From an uncultured Candidatus Saccharibacteria bacterium (GTDB lineage Bacteria; Patescibacteriota; Minisyncoccia; Phycocordibacterales; GWA1-40-21): DNA of 57,526 nt. Position 1 is the stretch's first letter. Each line of letters begins with the position of its first letter. The position numbers were made by a program, and so were the translations under genes. Positions 45,601 to 53,976 of the stretch are shown piece after piece. The stretch spans positions 1-57,526 of the forward strand of contig CAZEMP010000002.1 of NCBI GenBank assembly GCA_964513515.1, read 5' to 3'. Below the pieces are notes generated by a model. That model saw nothing but the letters and a program-made list of their open reading frames with translations, had not been told where the DNA came from and did no database searches.

Positions 45601-47277
45601 TGATGAATCGGCAACTATCCCTGTAGGATAATAAAACTGACCATTACCCGAACCAAAGGAACCAAATTTTGAAACATATTGCCCAAAAGAGTCTAGTTTC
45701 TGAAGACGGGGAACATCCACACCTCCTGCATAATCACGATAGATATCCGTAACGTATATATTACCTAAAGAATCATTGGATATATCGCTACTAAACCAAA
45801 ATTGTCCATTACCCCCCCCAAAAGATCCGCCGGTTTGAAAAGAATATCTAAATACCCCTGAATAAGCTGTAGTTTTACCGTTACCCGTAAGTGTACAAGA
45901 AGTACTTTGGTTTGTATTGAAAGAAATGTTTGTTGAAGCACCGTAAGCAACGGTTGAAGAAGCTGCGGAAATATTAATAATCGGTGGAGCCGCTTTAACA
46001 GATCCGGCAAAACTCATTGAAAAAAGAAAGATGATAATCAATAGGTTTAATTTTGAAATCCTATTCCTATAATACCCCTCCGTAATAATCAAAATAATAA
46101 CCAGTAATATAATTGCTACAATTATTGTATATATTGTAGTTGTTGAAAATGTTGGTGTTGTTGTACTTACAACTGTCATGACTTCATAATTTTGTGTATC
46201 GAGAATGGTACCGTTTGATGAAAGTATTATATTGGCTTTTGGATTTGTACAATCTTTAGTAATTGGTATTTTTAGATCAATTATTGAAAAGTTAGATATA
46301 TCTTTTGTTGTAGTTTCCGAACATAGACCTGTTTCATCAATAATACTTGCTGTAATTGTACTTGTATCTACTCCTGTTTGTGTTGAGAATACTTGAAGAT
46401 TTGCTGTATCACCTCTCCTATAATATGTTTTGTCAAAAACTACGTTTTTTATTTCACCTGCAACGCCTGATAAAATATAACTGACTGAGATAGTATTAGA
46501 TGTAGTTTTTGAATCTGGGGTTTTTAGGAAAAAAGAAATATTGTAACTCTGTGGATTTGATGCTTTTGGTAAGGTTATGTTTATATCATTAATCCCCTTC
46601 TTGATTGTGATGTTTTCTCTAGAACCTCCCGTATCAGAAACTATTTCTCCATATAATGTATGACTTCTAGTTATAAAGTTTGGTATAAAAATCGTGTTTG
46701 TAGACAAATTACTTTGAATCTTACATTTTAGAGCAAGTTCATCGCTCAAACTTATAGATACACCTTGGTCTAATAGATATCTTGTCGTGCTTGTACCAAC
46801 TATTAGATAGCAAGTATTAGGAATGATTTCTGTTGTGTTTGATATGCTCTTTGTAATATTTACTTCCCCTACAAAAGCAACTCCGAGCGGTAGACCGTTT
46901 TCATTTTTACTATCAATCCACATTCTGTATGTACCTATAGATATTGAAGGTGGGATAGTATAATCAATAACTTTTGTTATTTTAGTGTTTTCTGCTAGAG
47001 AAAGAGTTTCTTCGTATACTTTTTCATCAACTAGTGGTTCAGTATTTGATATAACTTTTGTTAGTCTTACAGAGTATTTTATTTGAGGTTGGGCTCCTAC
47101 CCTATTTGATATATCAAAAGATATTTTATAGTCTCTATCATTACTTAAGACTATTTTTGCATTACTTATATTTACTGTGGCTACGACTGTGCCTTGGGAG
47201 TTTTGGGCGAAAGTTGTACTAGAGAGAAGTGTGAGGAGGGTGATGATAGAGAAAAATGGGAGAAATAGTTTTTTCAT
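42655..47277 (-). CDS. giant surface protein, paralog of 38255..42553 (2 x 6 NHL repeats separated by Cys-rich/Ig-like modules)
   Basis: 1540 aa with the same N-module, TM hairpin and C-terminal ..KIYTT.G.K.IN....GEI tail. The NHL blocks are divergent. Confidence 0.85.
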   Translation of the reverse strand: MKKLFLPFFSIITLLTLLSSTTFAQNSQGTVVATVNISNAKIVLSNDRDYKISFDISNRVGAQPQIKYSVRLTKVISNTEPLVDEKVYEETLSLAENTKITKVIDYTIPPSISIGTYRMWIDSKNENGLPLGVAFVGEVNITKSISNTTEIIPNTCYLIVGTSTTRYLLDQGVSISLSDELALKCKIQSNLSTNTIFIPNFITRSHTLYGEIVSDTGGSRENITIKKGINDINITLPKASNPQSYNISFFLKTPDSKTTSNTISVSYILSGVAGEIKNVVFDKTYYRRGDTANLQVFSTQTGVDTSTITASIIDETGLCSETTTKDISNFSIIDLKIPITKDCTNPKANIILSSNGTILDTQNYEVMTVVSTTTPTFSTTTIYTIIVAIILLVIILIITEGYYRNRISKLNLLIIIFLFSMSFAGSVKAAPPIINISAASSTVAYGASTNISFNTNQSTSCTLTGNGKTTAYSGVFRYSFQTGGSFGGGNGQFWFSSDISNDSLGNIYVTDIYRDYAGGVDVPRLQKLDSFGQYVSKFGSFGSGNGQFYYPTGIVADSSDNIYVVDTGNNRILKFSSSGQYVSQFGSSGSGNGQFSSPRDIGIDSFGNIYIADTDNNRILKFSSSGQYVSQFGSSGSGIAQFSSPFAIAVDSSDNIYVADRLNHRIQKFDSTGNYILQFGSYGTGDGQFYYPIGIGIDSLDNVYVSGVNNVQKFTSSGEYISKFFSGNSISFGSELPISIDFFDNVYILDKNNFRVQKFSQNISGSVSSGPLTSDTTFSMSCTGDDGTATNQVVVSVIPQTCTSFTYSDWGVCSNNQQTRSITAALPNNCSGGSPVLSQHCSSPLMVNIDASSTVVLTGSSTTVSWSSAGANSCLITKNGSPLVTSASGYEYFSQFNTFLDVYGFHGGDKGIARDSLGNIYVLDTKNVKIKKFDSSGAFISQFGEYGSDIDGYFMSMIGMAIDSSDNIYILDSTDGRVQKFDSSGRFISKFYSIGNGVGRPFPTAITIDSSDNIYVAYRYNGYDYNGNYDIKNESASIQKFDSSGRFISKFGSLGSGDGKFYYVISMTTDSTGKVYVLDYSNWVQKFTSSGTFISKSGSYGDGNGQFYVPASITTDAYDNLYVVESGSGEINNRVQKFTSSGVYVSQFGSYGSGDGQFKAPIAAIVDSSNSIYVVDSGNDRIQKFSQSMTVSSLSGSRSSGPITSPTTFAATCMYNTNSKTDSVLVDLAAFPINIQFTAASSSILSGNSTTLSWTSTGADSCEIVENLGDVNRILSTATSGTNINTGNLNEASTFTATCMNTENSRSELVIINVYNETPTVVTTPIVHRSCGGSSCQCVGYDYSDWLPSVCPAEGFRTRTLVGNLPQGCSGEPSETLSLTQNCIPGEVACIAFLYDDWFPSACSVGSTQTRNVIEASPLGCTLGESPITTRICPVQPEPASICTVTQTGNEPGDNNIYLNRNTIWKITNTAGDPQSTLWIGTNLLKNRTSGDTLNKIYTTVGQKMINAFTTVIRPDGTLFSSDCSATTTVRLDTGTSGEI

Positions 47278-47335
47278 TTTTTAAAATAATTAAATAACTA
47301 TAAATTACCCACTCATTGTATCATAATAAAAATCA

Positions 47336-47363
47336 TTGACAAAAAAATAAATACTGATAATAT
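47336..47363 (+). promoter_or_regulatory. sigma-70-type promoter upstream of nusA
   Basis: TTGACA (47336-47341), 16-nt spacer, TAATAT (47358-47363). Confidence 0.55.
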
Positions 47364-47374
47364 GTATGCATTGA

Positions 47375-47402
47375 AGTTCGCCTTGGGCGAGCTCATTTTT
47401 TT
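47375..47402 (+). terminator. leader hairpin plus T7 run (candidate attenuator) between the promoter and nusA
   Basis: AGTTCGCC-ttg-GGCGAGCT (one G-U pair) followed by CATTTTTTT, about 10 nt downstream of the predicted start site. Confidence 0.5.
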
Positions 47403-47482
47403 AAAAAAAATTAATATAGTGTTTTATACCTTGGTATTTTGGATTTTCCTAAAACCTAGAAACTAGAACCTAAAAACTAATT

Positions 47483-48670
47483 ATGATAGATCTAAAAGTA
47501 ATAAATTCTGTTATTGAACAGATGGAACAAGAAAGAGGAATACCAAAAGCAAAAATGCTCGAAGCAATCGAGATGGCCTTAGCCACTGCTTATAAAAAAG
47601 AGTACGGAAAAAGAGGGCAGATTATAAAATCAAAAGTTGATCTTGCGAGTGGAAAAATGGAATTCGTCCAAGTAAAAACTATCGTTGATAAAGATAGTGT
47701 TATTATCCGTGACGAAAAAGAAGACACCGAAGCAGAAGAGAGATTCAAAAGATCAAAAAAGTTAGAAGAAGAAAAGGTTGAATTAAACGAAAAGGGAGAA
47801 AAAATAGTTTACTATAATCCAGAACATCATATCTTTATTGAAGACGCAAAAAGAATCAAGAAAGATGCAAAGGTAGGAGATGAATTAATCTTCCCCCTTG
47901 AGGAAAAAAGTGATTATGGGAGAATAGCTGCTCAAACAGCCAAACAAGTAATTGTCCAAAAAATAAGAGAAGCTGAAAAAGTTTCTGTATTTAATGAATA
48001 TGGAGAAAAGGAAGGAACTATAGTTACCGGTATAGTACAAAGACTAGAAAGAGGAAATCTCTTTGTCGATATGGGAAGAGCTACGGCCATACTTCCGTTT
48101 GAAGAACAGATTCCTGGAGAAAAATATAAACCAGGGGAAAGAATAAGGGGTTATCTTTATAAAGTAGAAGAAACACCAAAAGGAATCTTTTTGAGACTTT
48201 CTCGCTCTCACCCAAAGTTCTTAGAGGAATTATTTAGAACAGAATCTCCAGAACTTGGAACAGGAGTGATAGAGATAAAATCTATAGCAAGAGAAACTGG
48301 TTCAAGATCAAAAATCGCAGTTGCTTCAAAAGATGAGCATATAGATCCTGTAGGTTCACTTGTTGGACAAAGAGGAGTAAGAGTTTCTACTGTCATGTCT
48401 GAACTTGGCGGAGAAAAAATAGATATCATAGAGTGGTCAGCAGATCCTAAGAAATTTATCGAGGAATCACTTTCGCCAGCAAGAATACTTTCTGTAACAT
48501 TAGATGAAGCTGAGAAAAAAGCTACTGTTGAAGTTGCGTCCGATCAACAATCATTAGCAATAGGAAAAGGTGGTCAGAATGTAAGACTTGCCGCAAAACT
48601 TACCGGATGGAAAATAGACATCGTATCTGTTGAAGGAGAATATATTGAAGCGGTAGAGGAAGTAAAATAA
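47483..48670 (+). CDS. nusA: transcription termination/antitermination factor NusA
   Basis: N-terminal domain, S1 (GTIVTGIVQRLERGNLFVDMG) and KH1/KH2 (GQRGVRV.., GKGGQNVRLAAKLTGWKIDI). Confidence 0.95.
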   Translation: MIDLKVINSVIEQMEQERGIPKAKMLEAIEMALATAYKKEYGKRGQIIKSKVDLASGKMEFVQVKTIVDKDSVIIRDEKEDTEAEERFKRSKKLEEEKVELNEKGEKIVYYNPEHHIFIEDAKRIKKDAKVGDELIFPLEEKSDYGRIAAQTAKQVIVQKIREAEKVSVFNEYGEKEGTIVTGIVQRLERGNLFVDMGRATAILPFEEQIPGEKYKPGERIRGYLYKVEETPKGIFLRLSRSHPKFLEELFRTESPELGTGVIEIKSIARETGSRSKIAVASKDEHIDPVGSLVGQRGVRVSTVMSELGGEKIDIIEWSADPKKFIEESLSPARILSVTLDEAEKKATVEVASDQQSLAIGKGGQNVRLAAKLTGWKIDIVSVEGEYIEAVEEVK

Positions 48671-48687
48671 TCATTAAATTTAAAAGC

Positions 48688-48720
48688 AAAAAGCGGTACC
48701 ACAGAGCTCCGCTTTTTCTT
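48688..48720 (+). terminator. intrinsic terminator of nusA
   Basis: AAAAAGCGG / loop / CCGCTTTTT. Confidence 0.7.
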
Positions 48721-48826
48721 TATTATTTCTTTTATATTCTTGCCTACTTTTAAATATTTCAGACATTTGCTTAAACATATTATTTGGCTGTATAATACAG
48801 ACATTATTAACCAATGAAAAAACACT

Positions 48827-49495
48827 ATGAATAAAAAACGTTTATTTTCTACAATTTTTATATTATCTCTGTTACTGTCAGGAACTGCTTTAGCGCAAGA
48901 AAACGCTACAAGAACTCTCAAAATTAATGAATTAAAAGAGAAAGTACAAGAAAAGAGATTGGAGGCCAAAGAAAGATTGGCATCGACAACAGAAAAATTA
49001 AAGAAAGCTAAAGAAGATTCAAGGAAAGAAGCGGAGCTTAGAATTGGAAAAAAGCTGGATGAAAGAAAAACAAAAATCGCTAATGCTTTTGAAAAAGCAA
49101 TAGAAAATCTAAAAGACCTAGCAGATAGAGTCGAGTCACGAATTTTAAAGATGGAGTCTGAAAACATTAATACGACTTCAGCAAGAAGCCTGTTAACAGA
49201 AGCTCGTACAAAATTAGCTCTTGCTGAAACAGAACTATTAAATTTGGAAAATCTTTTGTTAAATGAGGTGCCAGCAAATTCAACTAGCACCACAAGAAAT
49301 GACGCAAGAAAAGCCATAATTAAAAGTTTAAATTTACAAAGTGAAAAAACTAAATCTGCGATAAAGGTCGCTCACAGATCAATTGTAGAAGTTATTACTT
49401 CACTAAAGAGAGGTCTAATGAAAGAAAAGAATTCGACTTCAACAGAATCTGTTTCTACTACATCTACAACGGTGGCAACTACTACAAGTAATTAA
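48827..49495 (+). CDS. secreted alpha-helical (coiled-coil) hypothetical protein
   Basis: Signal peptide MNKKRLFSTIFILSLLLSGTALA/QE, then a Lys/Glu-rich helical sequence and a Thr/Ser-rich tail. Confidence 0.6.
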   Translation: MNKKRLFSTIFILSLLLSGTALAQENATRTLKINELKEKVQEKRLEAKERLASTTEKLKKAKEDSRKEAELRIGKKLDERKTKIANAFEKAIENLKDLADRVESRILKMESENINTTSARSLLTEARTKLALAETELLNLENLLLNEVPANSTSTTRNDARKAIIKSLNLQSEKTKSAIKVAHRSIVEVITSLKRGLMKEKNSTSTESVSTTSTTVATTTSN

Positions 49496-49506
49496 AATAA
49501 ATTAAC

Positions 49507-49746
49507 ATGGAAAAAAATAAACAAAACGGAGAATTGGGAGCGATGATAGGTATAATTATAGTTGTTATTATATTGATCATTGGTGGTCTATATTTTGCAA
49601 AGCAGAGAATGGAAAAAAGCAGGCAATTTCAAAAAACATTAAATGAGGGACAGGTCCTCACAACATCTGACGAAGTTACCGATCTTGAAAGTGATGTTGA
49701 ATCATTAAACTTTGATGGACTTGGTGCTGATATAGAAAATCTATAA
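49507..49746 (+). CDS. small single-pass membrane protein
   Basis: 79 aa with the TM GAMIGIIIVVIILIIGGLYFA and an acidic C-terminus. A terminator follows at 49758-49791. Confidence 0.5.
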   Translation: MEKNKQNGELGAMIGIIIVVIILIIGGLYFAKQRMEKSRQFQKTLNEGQVLTTSDEVTDLESDVESLNFDGLGADIENL

Positions 49747-49757
49747 AATAAACTCTT

Positions 49758-49791
49758 AAAACAAAACTGCCCATAAGGGCAGTTTTGTTTT
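49758..49791 (+). terminator. intrinsic terminator
   Basis: AAAACAAAACTGCCC-ataa-GGGCAGTTTTGTTTT. Confidence 0.8.
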
Positions 49792-49826
49792 GCATTTTGT
49801 ATATTTTTCAGTTAGTATCACTAACT

Positions 49827-50888
49827 ATGAAAGATAATAAAATATATAAAATAAAAGATACAAAAAAACTTCCAGATTGTGAGGTGGAAATAACAGCTGA
49901 AATCACAACTGAAGCATTGGAGAGTTATAAGGTAAAAGCTTTAAAAAAAATTAAAGAGGTTGCTGAATTGCCGGGATTCAGAAAAGGACATGTCCCTGAA
50001 GCCAAACTAAAAGAAAAGTTCGGGGAGCTTGGCATCATAGAAAACGCTGCTGAAATAGCTATTAATGATAGTGCTGTTGAAATATTGCTAGAATCAAAAG
50101 TTAATTTTCTTGGAAGACCGGACATAAATTTGAGTAAAATAGCTATTGGATCCCCCATTGAATTTAAGATAAAAGTTACAGTAGTGCCTGAAGTAAAACT
50201 TCCCGATTATAAGAAAATAGTTAAAAAAGAAAATTCTGTGGAAGAAAAAGTAGAAGAAGTGAGCGAAAAACAAATAGAAGAAACTATCGAGCAAATAAGA
50301 AAAATGTATGCCGAACAAAATCATTCGCATGCGCCAGGTGAAAAGCATGATAAGGACGAAGAATTGTCCCTTCCAGAAATCAATGATGAGTTTGTGAAGA
50401 AGCTTGGTGATTTTAAAGATGTAGAAGACTTTAGATCAAAACTAAAAATAAATATTGCAAAAGAAAAAGAGATTCATGCAAAAGATAAGAAGAGAGGTAA
50501 AATCATAGAAAAACTTGTTGCAGAAACAAAAATAGAAATGCCAAAAATTGTTATCCAAAGTGAACTTGAAAAAATGGAGGGGCAATTTAAAGCAGATATA
50601 GCCCAAATGGGACTACAGCCAGACGAATATTTAAAGCACATTAAAAAAACTTGGGAAGATTTAAGAAAAGAATGGTATCCTGATGCAGAAAAAAGAGCAA
50701 AAACCCAACTTATATTACAAAAAATATCTTTGGAAGAAAAAATAGAAGCTGATAAAAACTTAATGGAAAAAGAAATAAAACACCTTACAGATCTATACAA
50801 AGGAGCGGATCCAGAAAGAGTGAAAGCTTATGTAGAAATGGTACTTGTAAATGATGCCGTGCTTAAATTCTTAGAAGGATTGAAATAA
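49827..50888 (+). CDS. tig: trigger factor lacking the central PPIase domain
   Basis: Ribosome-binding motif LPGFRKGHVP lies in the N-domain and a C-terminal arm domain is present. The start is set at Met15 because the listed 5' extension overlaps the upstream terminator. Confidence 0.85.
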   Translation: MKDNKIYKIKDTKKLPDCEVEITAEITTEALESYKVKALKKIKEVAELPGFRKGHVPEAKLKEKFGELGIIENAAEIAINDSAVEILLESKVNFLGRPDINLSKIAIGSPIEFKIKVTVVPEVKLPDYKKIVKKENSVEEKVEEVSEKQIEETIEQIRKMYAEQNHSHAPGEKHDKDEELSLPEINDEFVKKLGDFKDVEDFRSKLKINIAKEKEIHAKDKKRGKIIEKLVAETKIEMPKIVIQSELEKMEGQFKADIAQMGLQPDEYLKHIKKTWEDLRKEWYPDAEKRAKTQLILQKISLEEKIEADKNLMEKEIKHLTDLYKGADPERVKAYVEMVLVNDAVLKFLEGLK

Positions 50889-50891
50889 AAT

Positions 50892-50939
50892 AAACAAACA
50901 CAAAAGCGGCTAGTAAATGAGCCGCTTTTGTGTTTGTTT
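50892..50939. terminator. bidirectional terminator between convergent tig and polA
   Basis: AAACAAACACAAAAGCGGC / 10-nt loop / GCCGCTTTTGTGTTTGTTT: a 19-bp stem. Confidence 0.85.
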
Positions 50940-50944
50940 TAATT

Positions 50945-53416
50945 TTATAGCTTGTTCATATTTTTCCAATTCTTCCCTTCTGAAACTTCTGCTTTCATCA
51001 AAACTCCTTTTGTATCTTTAAGTGGAATGAGTGATTCCATAATAGATTTTATTTTAGGTGCAATTTCAGAGATTATATTTTCTTCCACCTCATATACAAG
51101 CTCGTCATGGACATTTAAAAGAAGCTTCACTTTTTGATCTATTTTTTCTTTTATTAAAAATTCATCTATTTTTACCATTGCTAGTTTTACAATATCCGCT
51201 TCTGTTCCTTGTATTGGTGCGTTGATAGCCATTCTTTCAGCCATAGCACGGATGAAAGGGATCTTACTTCTCAAACCTTCAAAGTATCTTCTTCTTCCAA
51301 AAAAGGTCTCCGTGTATCCATTCCTTTCTGCCTCTATTTTTATATTTTCTAAAAATTTTGCTAATCCAGAAAACTTTTTAAAGTATTCATTGAGATATTT
51401 TTGTGCTTCCTCTCTACTTACAAGACCTTTGTATGCTGGATGTGCTTTTGTAATAAGAGTCTGTCCCGAACCAAGATTTACACGCAATGCATTTACACCC
51501 ATACCATACATAATTCCAAAATTTATAACCTTTGCTCTACGTCTCATTTCCTTATCGACTTTATCAAGTGGTACATCAAAAACTTCTGAGGCAACTGCTG
51601 TATGTACATCCTCACCCTTCTTAAAAATATCAATCAATTTCTCGTCTTGCGCTAAAAATGCTGCGATTCTGAGTTCTATTTGGGAATAATCTAAAGACAA
51701 AAGTTTTGTTCCATTATCGGAAATAAATGCGGTTCTGATATTTCTTCCGAGTTCACTTTCATTTGGGATGTTCTGTAAATTTGGATTTGAAGATGCCATA
51801 CGGCCTGTCGTTGTTCCTGTTTGAAGAAACTTTGCATGAAGCCTTCCATCTTTATCTAAAAGATCTGGTATAACATCTATGTAAGTAGAAAGTAATTTTT
51901 GAAATTCTCTATGTTCTATTACTAAATCTACTATAGGGTGCATATCTCTCATTTTTTCAAGCTCTGATTCTTTTGTAGACAACGCTCCAGATCCAGTTTT
52001 CTTTTGATTCTTCGGTTTCAAACCAAGCTTTACAAAAAGTATTTCTCCGAGTTGTTTTGGAGAGTTTATATTAAATTCCCCTCCGGCTAACTCCCATATT
52101 TTTTTCTCAATTATGGAAAGTCTCTGATGATAATCTTTGGAAAGTTTCTCAAGTTCCTTTTTATCAACCTTTATACCAACCCTTTCCATTTTTTCAACTA
52201 TCGAAATAAGTGGCTTCTCTATTGTTTCCCAAACTTTTATTAAATCTCTCTTTTTTAATTCTAGAAGTAAAATCTCCTCTGCCTTTTTCAAATCTTTCTC
52301 TTTTGTAAAATTATAAATATCCTCCGATGTTGGATTGGTAAGATTTGAATTGATAAGCCAAAGCATAACAGAAAGCTCTTTTATTTTTTGATTATCTTCT
52401 TCACTAGCAAACAATCCTGTATTTATTGTTCCACTTTTTATCTCAAGATTCTCTCTGGAGGCTTCATCTTCGGAACTTTTAAGTTTTATCTTTGGATTCA
52501 AAGTTTCCTTCAGTCTTGCTCCGAGCGTTCTAAACTCCAAATCACTCCATAAAGATAATATTTTCTCTGCCTCTATTGATTCTTTCCAAGATTTTTCTGG
52601 AATAACAAAATCCACCGGAGCATCGAGACGAATAGTACCAAGCATTTTAGAAAATTTTGCCTCTTCCTCTCCTTCTTTTAAAAGTTCTATTATTCTTTCT
52701 TTTATTCCCGCCTCTTCAAATTGTTTTTTGTTCTTCTTTAATTTTTTATATATATCTTCAATAGAGCCAAATTTTTGTATTAAGTTGCTAGCCGTAACTT
52801 CTCCAATACCTTTTATACCAATAATGTTATCTGATGGGTCACCTCGAAGCCCTTTATAATCTGGCAAAAGTTTTGGGCCAAATCCGTATCTTGCTATCAC
52901 TGCTTTTTCATCATAAATAATTGTATCTTTTATGCCTTTTTTAAGAGTATATACTCTGACTCTTTCTCCATCTACAAGCTGGAGCGTATCCATGTCACCA
53001 GAAGCTATTACAATATTTAAATCTTTCTGTTTTTTCATCTTTTCTGCGATTGTTCCTATCATATCGTCAGCTTCAAAACCTTCTTTTGAATACACGGGGA
53101 TATTAAACGCCTTAAAAATATCGTACGATCTTTTTAATTGAGAAATAAGTTCGTCATCTGCTTTTGCTCTACCAGCTTTGTAATCTTTGTATGCAATGTG
53201 GCGATATGTTGGCTTTGGTAAGTCGTAACATGCAGCGATATAATCTGGCTTCAGATCAGAAATAATTTTCAAAAGCATTGTTGAGAGTCCATAAAGTGCA
53301 CCTGTTGGCTCACCTTTACTTGTCGCAAATTCTGGTAATGCATGATAAGCACGATGAATAATCGCGTGAACATCAAGCAATACTAGTGTTTTTTGTTTAT
53401 CCGTTTTTTTAGCCAT
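50945..53416 (-). CDS. polA: DNA polymerase I (5'-3' exonuclease plus family A polymerase domains)
   Basis: N-terminal FEN motifs (LLDVHAIIHRAYHA, EADD) and polymerase motifs A (LLSLDYSQIELRI), B (RRRAKVINFGIMYG) and C (NVHDELV). Confidence 0.95.
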   Translation of the reverse strand: MAKKTDKQKTLVLLDVHAIIHRAYHALPEFATSKGEPTGALYGLSTMLLKIISDLKPDYIAACYDLPKPTYRHIAYKDYKAGRAKADDELISQLKRSYDIFKAFNIPVYSKEGFEADDMIGTIAEKMKKQKDLNIVIASGDMDTLQLVDGERVRVYTLKKGIKDTIIYDEKAVIARYGFGPKLLPDYKGLRGDPSDNIIGIKGIGEVTASNLIQKFGSIEDIYKKLKKNKKQFEEAGIKERIIELLKEGEEEAKFSKMLGTIRLDAPVDFVIPEKSWKESIEAEKILSLWSDLEFRTLGARLKETLNPKIKLKSSEDEASRENLEIKSGTINTGLFASEEDNQKIKELSVMLWLINSNLTNPTSEDIYNFTKEKDLKKAEEILLLELKKRDLIKVWETIEKPLISIVEKMERVGIKVDKKELEKLSKDYHQRLSIIEKKIWELAGGEFNINSPKQLGEILFVKLGLKPKNQKKTGSGALSTKESELEKMRDMHPIVDLVIEHREFQKLLSTYIDVIPDLLDKDGRLHAKFLQTGTTTGRMASSNPNLQNIPNESELGRNIRTAFISDNGTKLLSLDYSQIELRIAAFLAQDEKLIDIFKKGEDVHTAVASEVFDVPLDKVDKEMRRRAKVINFGIMYGMGVNALRVNLGSGQTLITKAHPAYKGLVSREEAQKYLNEYFKKFSGLAKFLENIKIEAERNGYTETFFGRRRYFEGLRSKIPFIRAMAERMAINAPIQGTEADIVKLAMVKIDEFLIKEKIDQKVKLLLNVHDELVYEVEENIISEIAPKIKSIMESLIPLKDTKGVLMKAEVSEGKNWKNMNKL

Positions 53417-53417
53417 T

Positions 53418-53852
53418 TTATATTTCTATTTCTCTTTCATTTTCGCTCATAAATTTAAAAAATATTTTTGCATGATTTTCAGGCAAAACATCTATCACTC
53501 TTTCCGGCCATTCTATAAAAATAATATTATTTCTATCTGATAAAGTTTTATCCCAATCAAGAACCGAAAGCTCTTTGGCTGAATCAAGTCTATATGCATC
53601 TATATGTATAAGTTTCTTAAATTTTTTATTATTCAAAGGATATATTTTTTCAATAACAAATGTTGGACTTGTTACATACTCATCAATATCAAATAGTTTT
53701 GCAACTGCTTGGGTAAATGTTGTTTTACCAGAACCAAGCTCACCGTAAAGTCCCACAATCAAAGCGGTGTCATAAATACCCATAGATATTTTTTCTATAA
53801 AGTCTTTGGCTATTTTTTCTGTATCAGAAACACTTTTGCTTATAATTTTCAT
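53418..53852 (-). CDS. tsaE: tRNA t6A37 biosynthesis ATPase TsaE (YjeE)
   Basis: GLYGELGSGKTTFTQ P-loop, SPTF and HIDAYRL motifs. Confidence 0.9.
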   Translation of the reverse strand: MKIISKSVSDTEKIAKDFIEKISMGIYDTALIVGLYGELGSGKTTFTQAVAKLFDIDEYVTSPTFVIEKIYPLNNKKFKKLIHIDAYRLDSAKELSVLDWDKTLSDRNNIIFIEWPERVIDVLPENHAKIFFKFMSENEREIEI

Positions 53853-53933
53853 TAGACCAATTTTATCACAATAAAAGCTAATTAAAATGAGCCAAATTTC
53901 TTAAGTATTTAAAAATTTGGCTTATAAAAAAAT

Positions 53934-53971
53934 AAAGAGCGGAGAGGGGATAAAACCCTCTTCCGCTCTTT
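53934..53971 (-). terminator. intrinsic terminator of GC-island gene A
   Basis: AAAGAGCGGAGAGGG / loop / CCCTCTTCCGCTCTTT (one bulge) followed by ATTTTTTTAT on the minus strand. Confidence 0.7.
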
Positions 53972-53976
53972 GGAAC

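Noticed and set aside
2497-50800. Numerous 60-250-aa antisense or overlapping ORFs in the track (for example 2497..2910, 3311..3568, 13585..13941, 16841..17383, 26594..26956, 37277..37648, 40602..40910, 48574..49317, 50474..50800, 51222..51689)
   Set aside because: Each lies wholly inside, and antisense to, a confidently identified gene. They have low-complexity hydrophobic or Ser/Phe/Leu-rich translations typical of AT-rich shadow frames.
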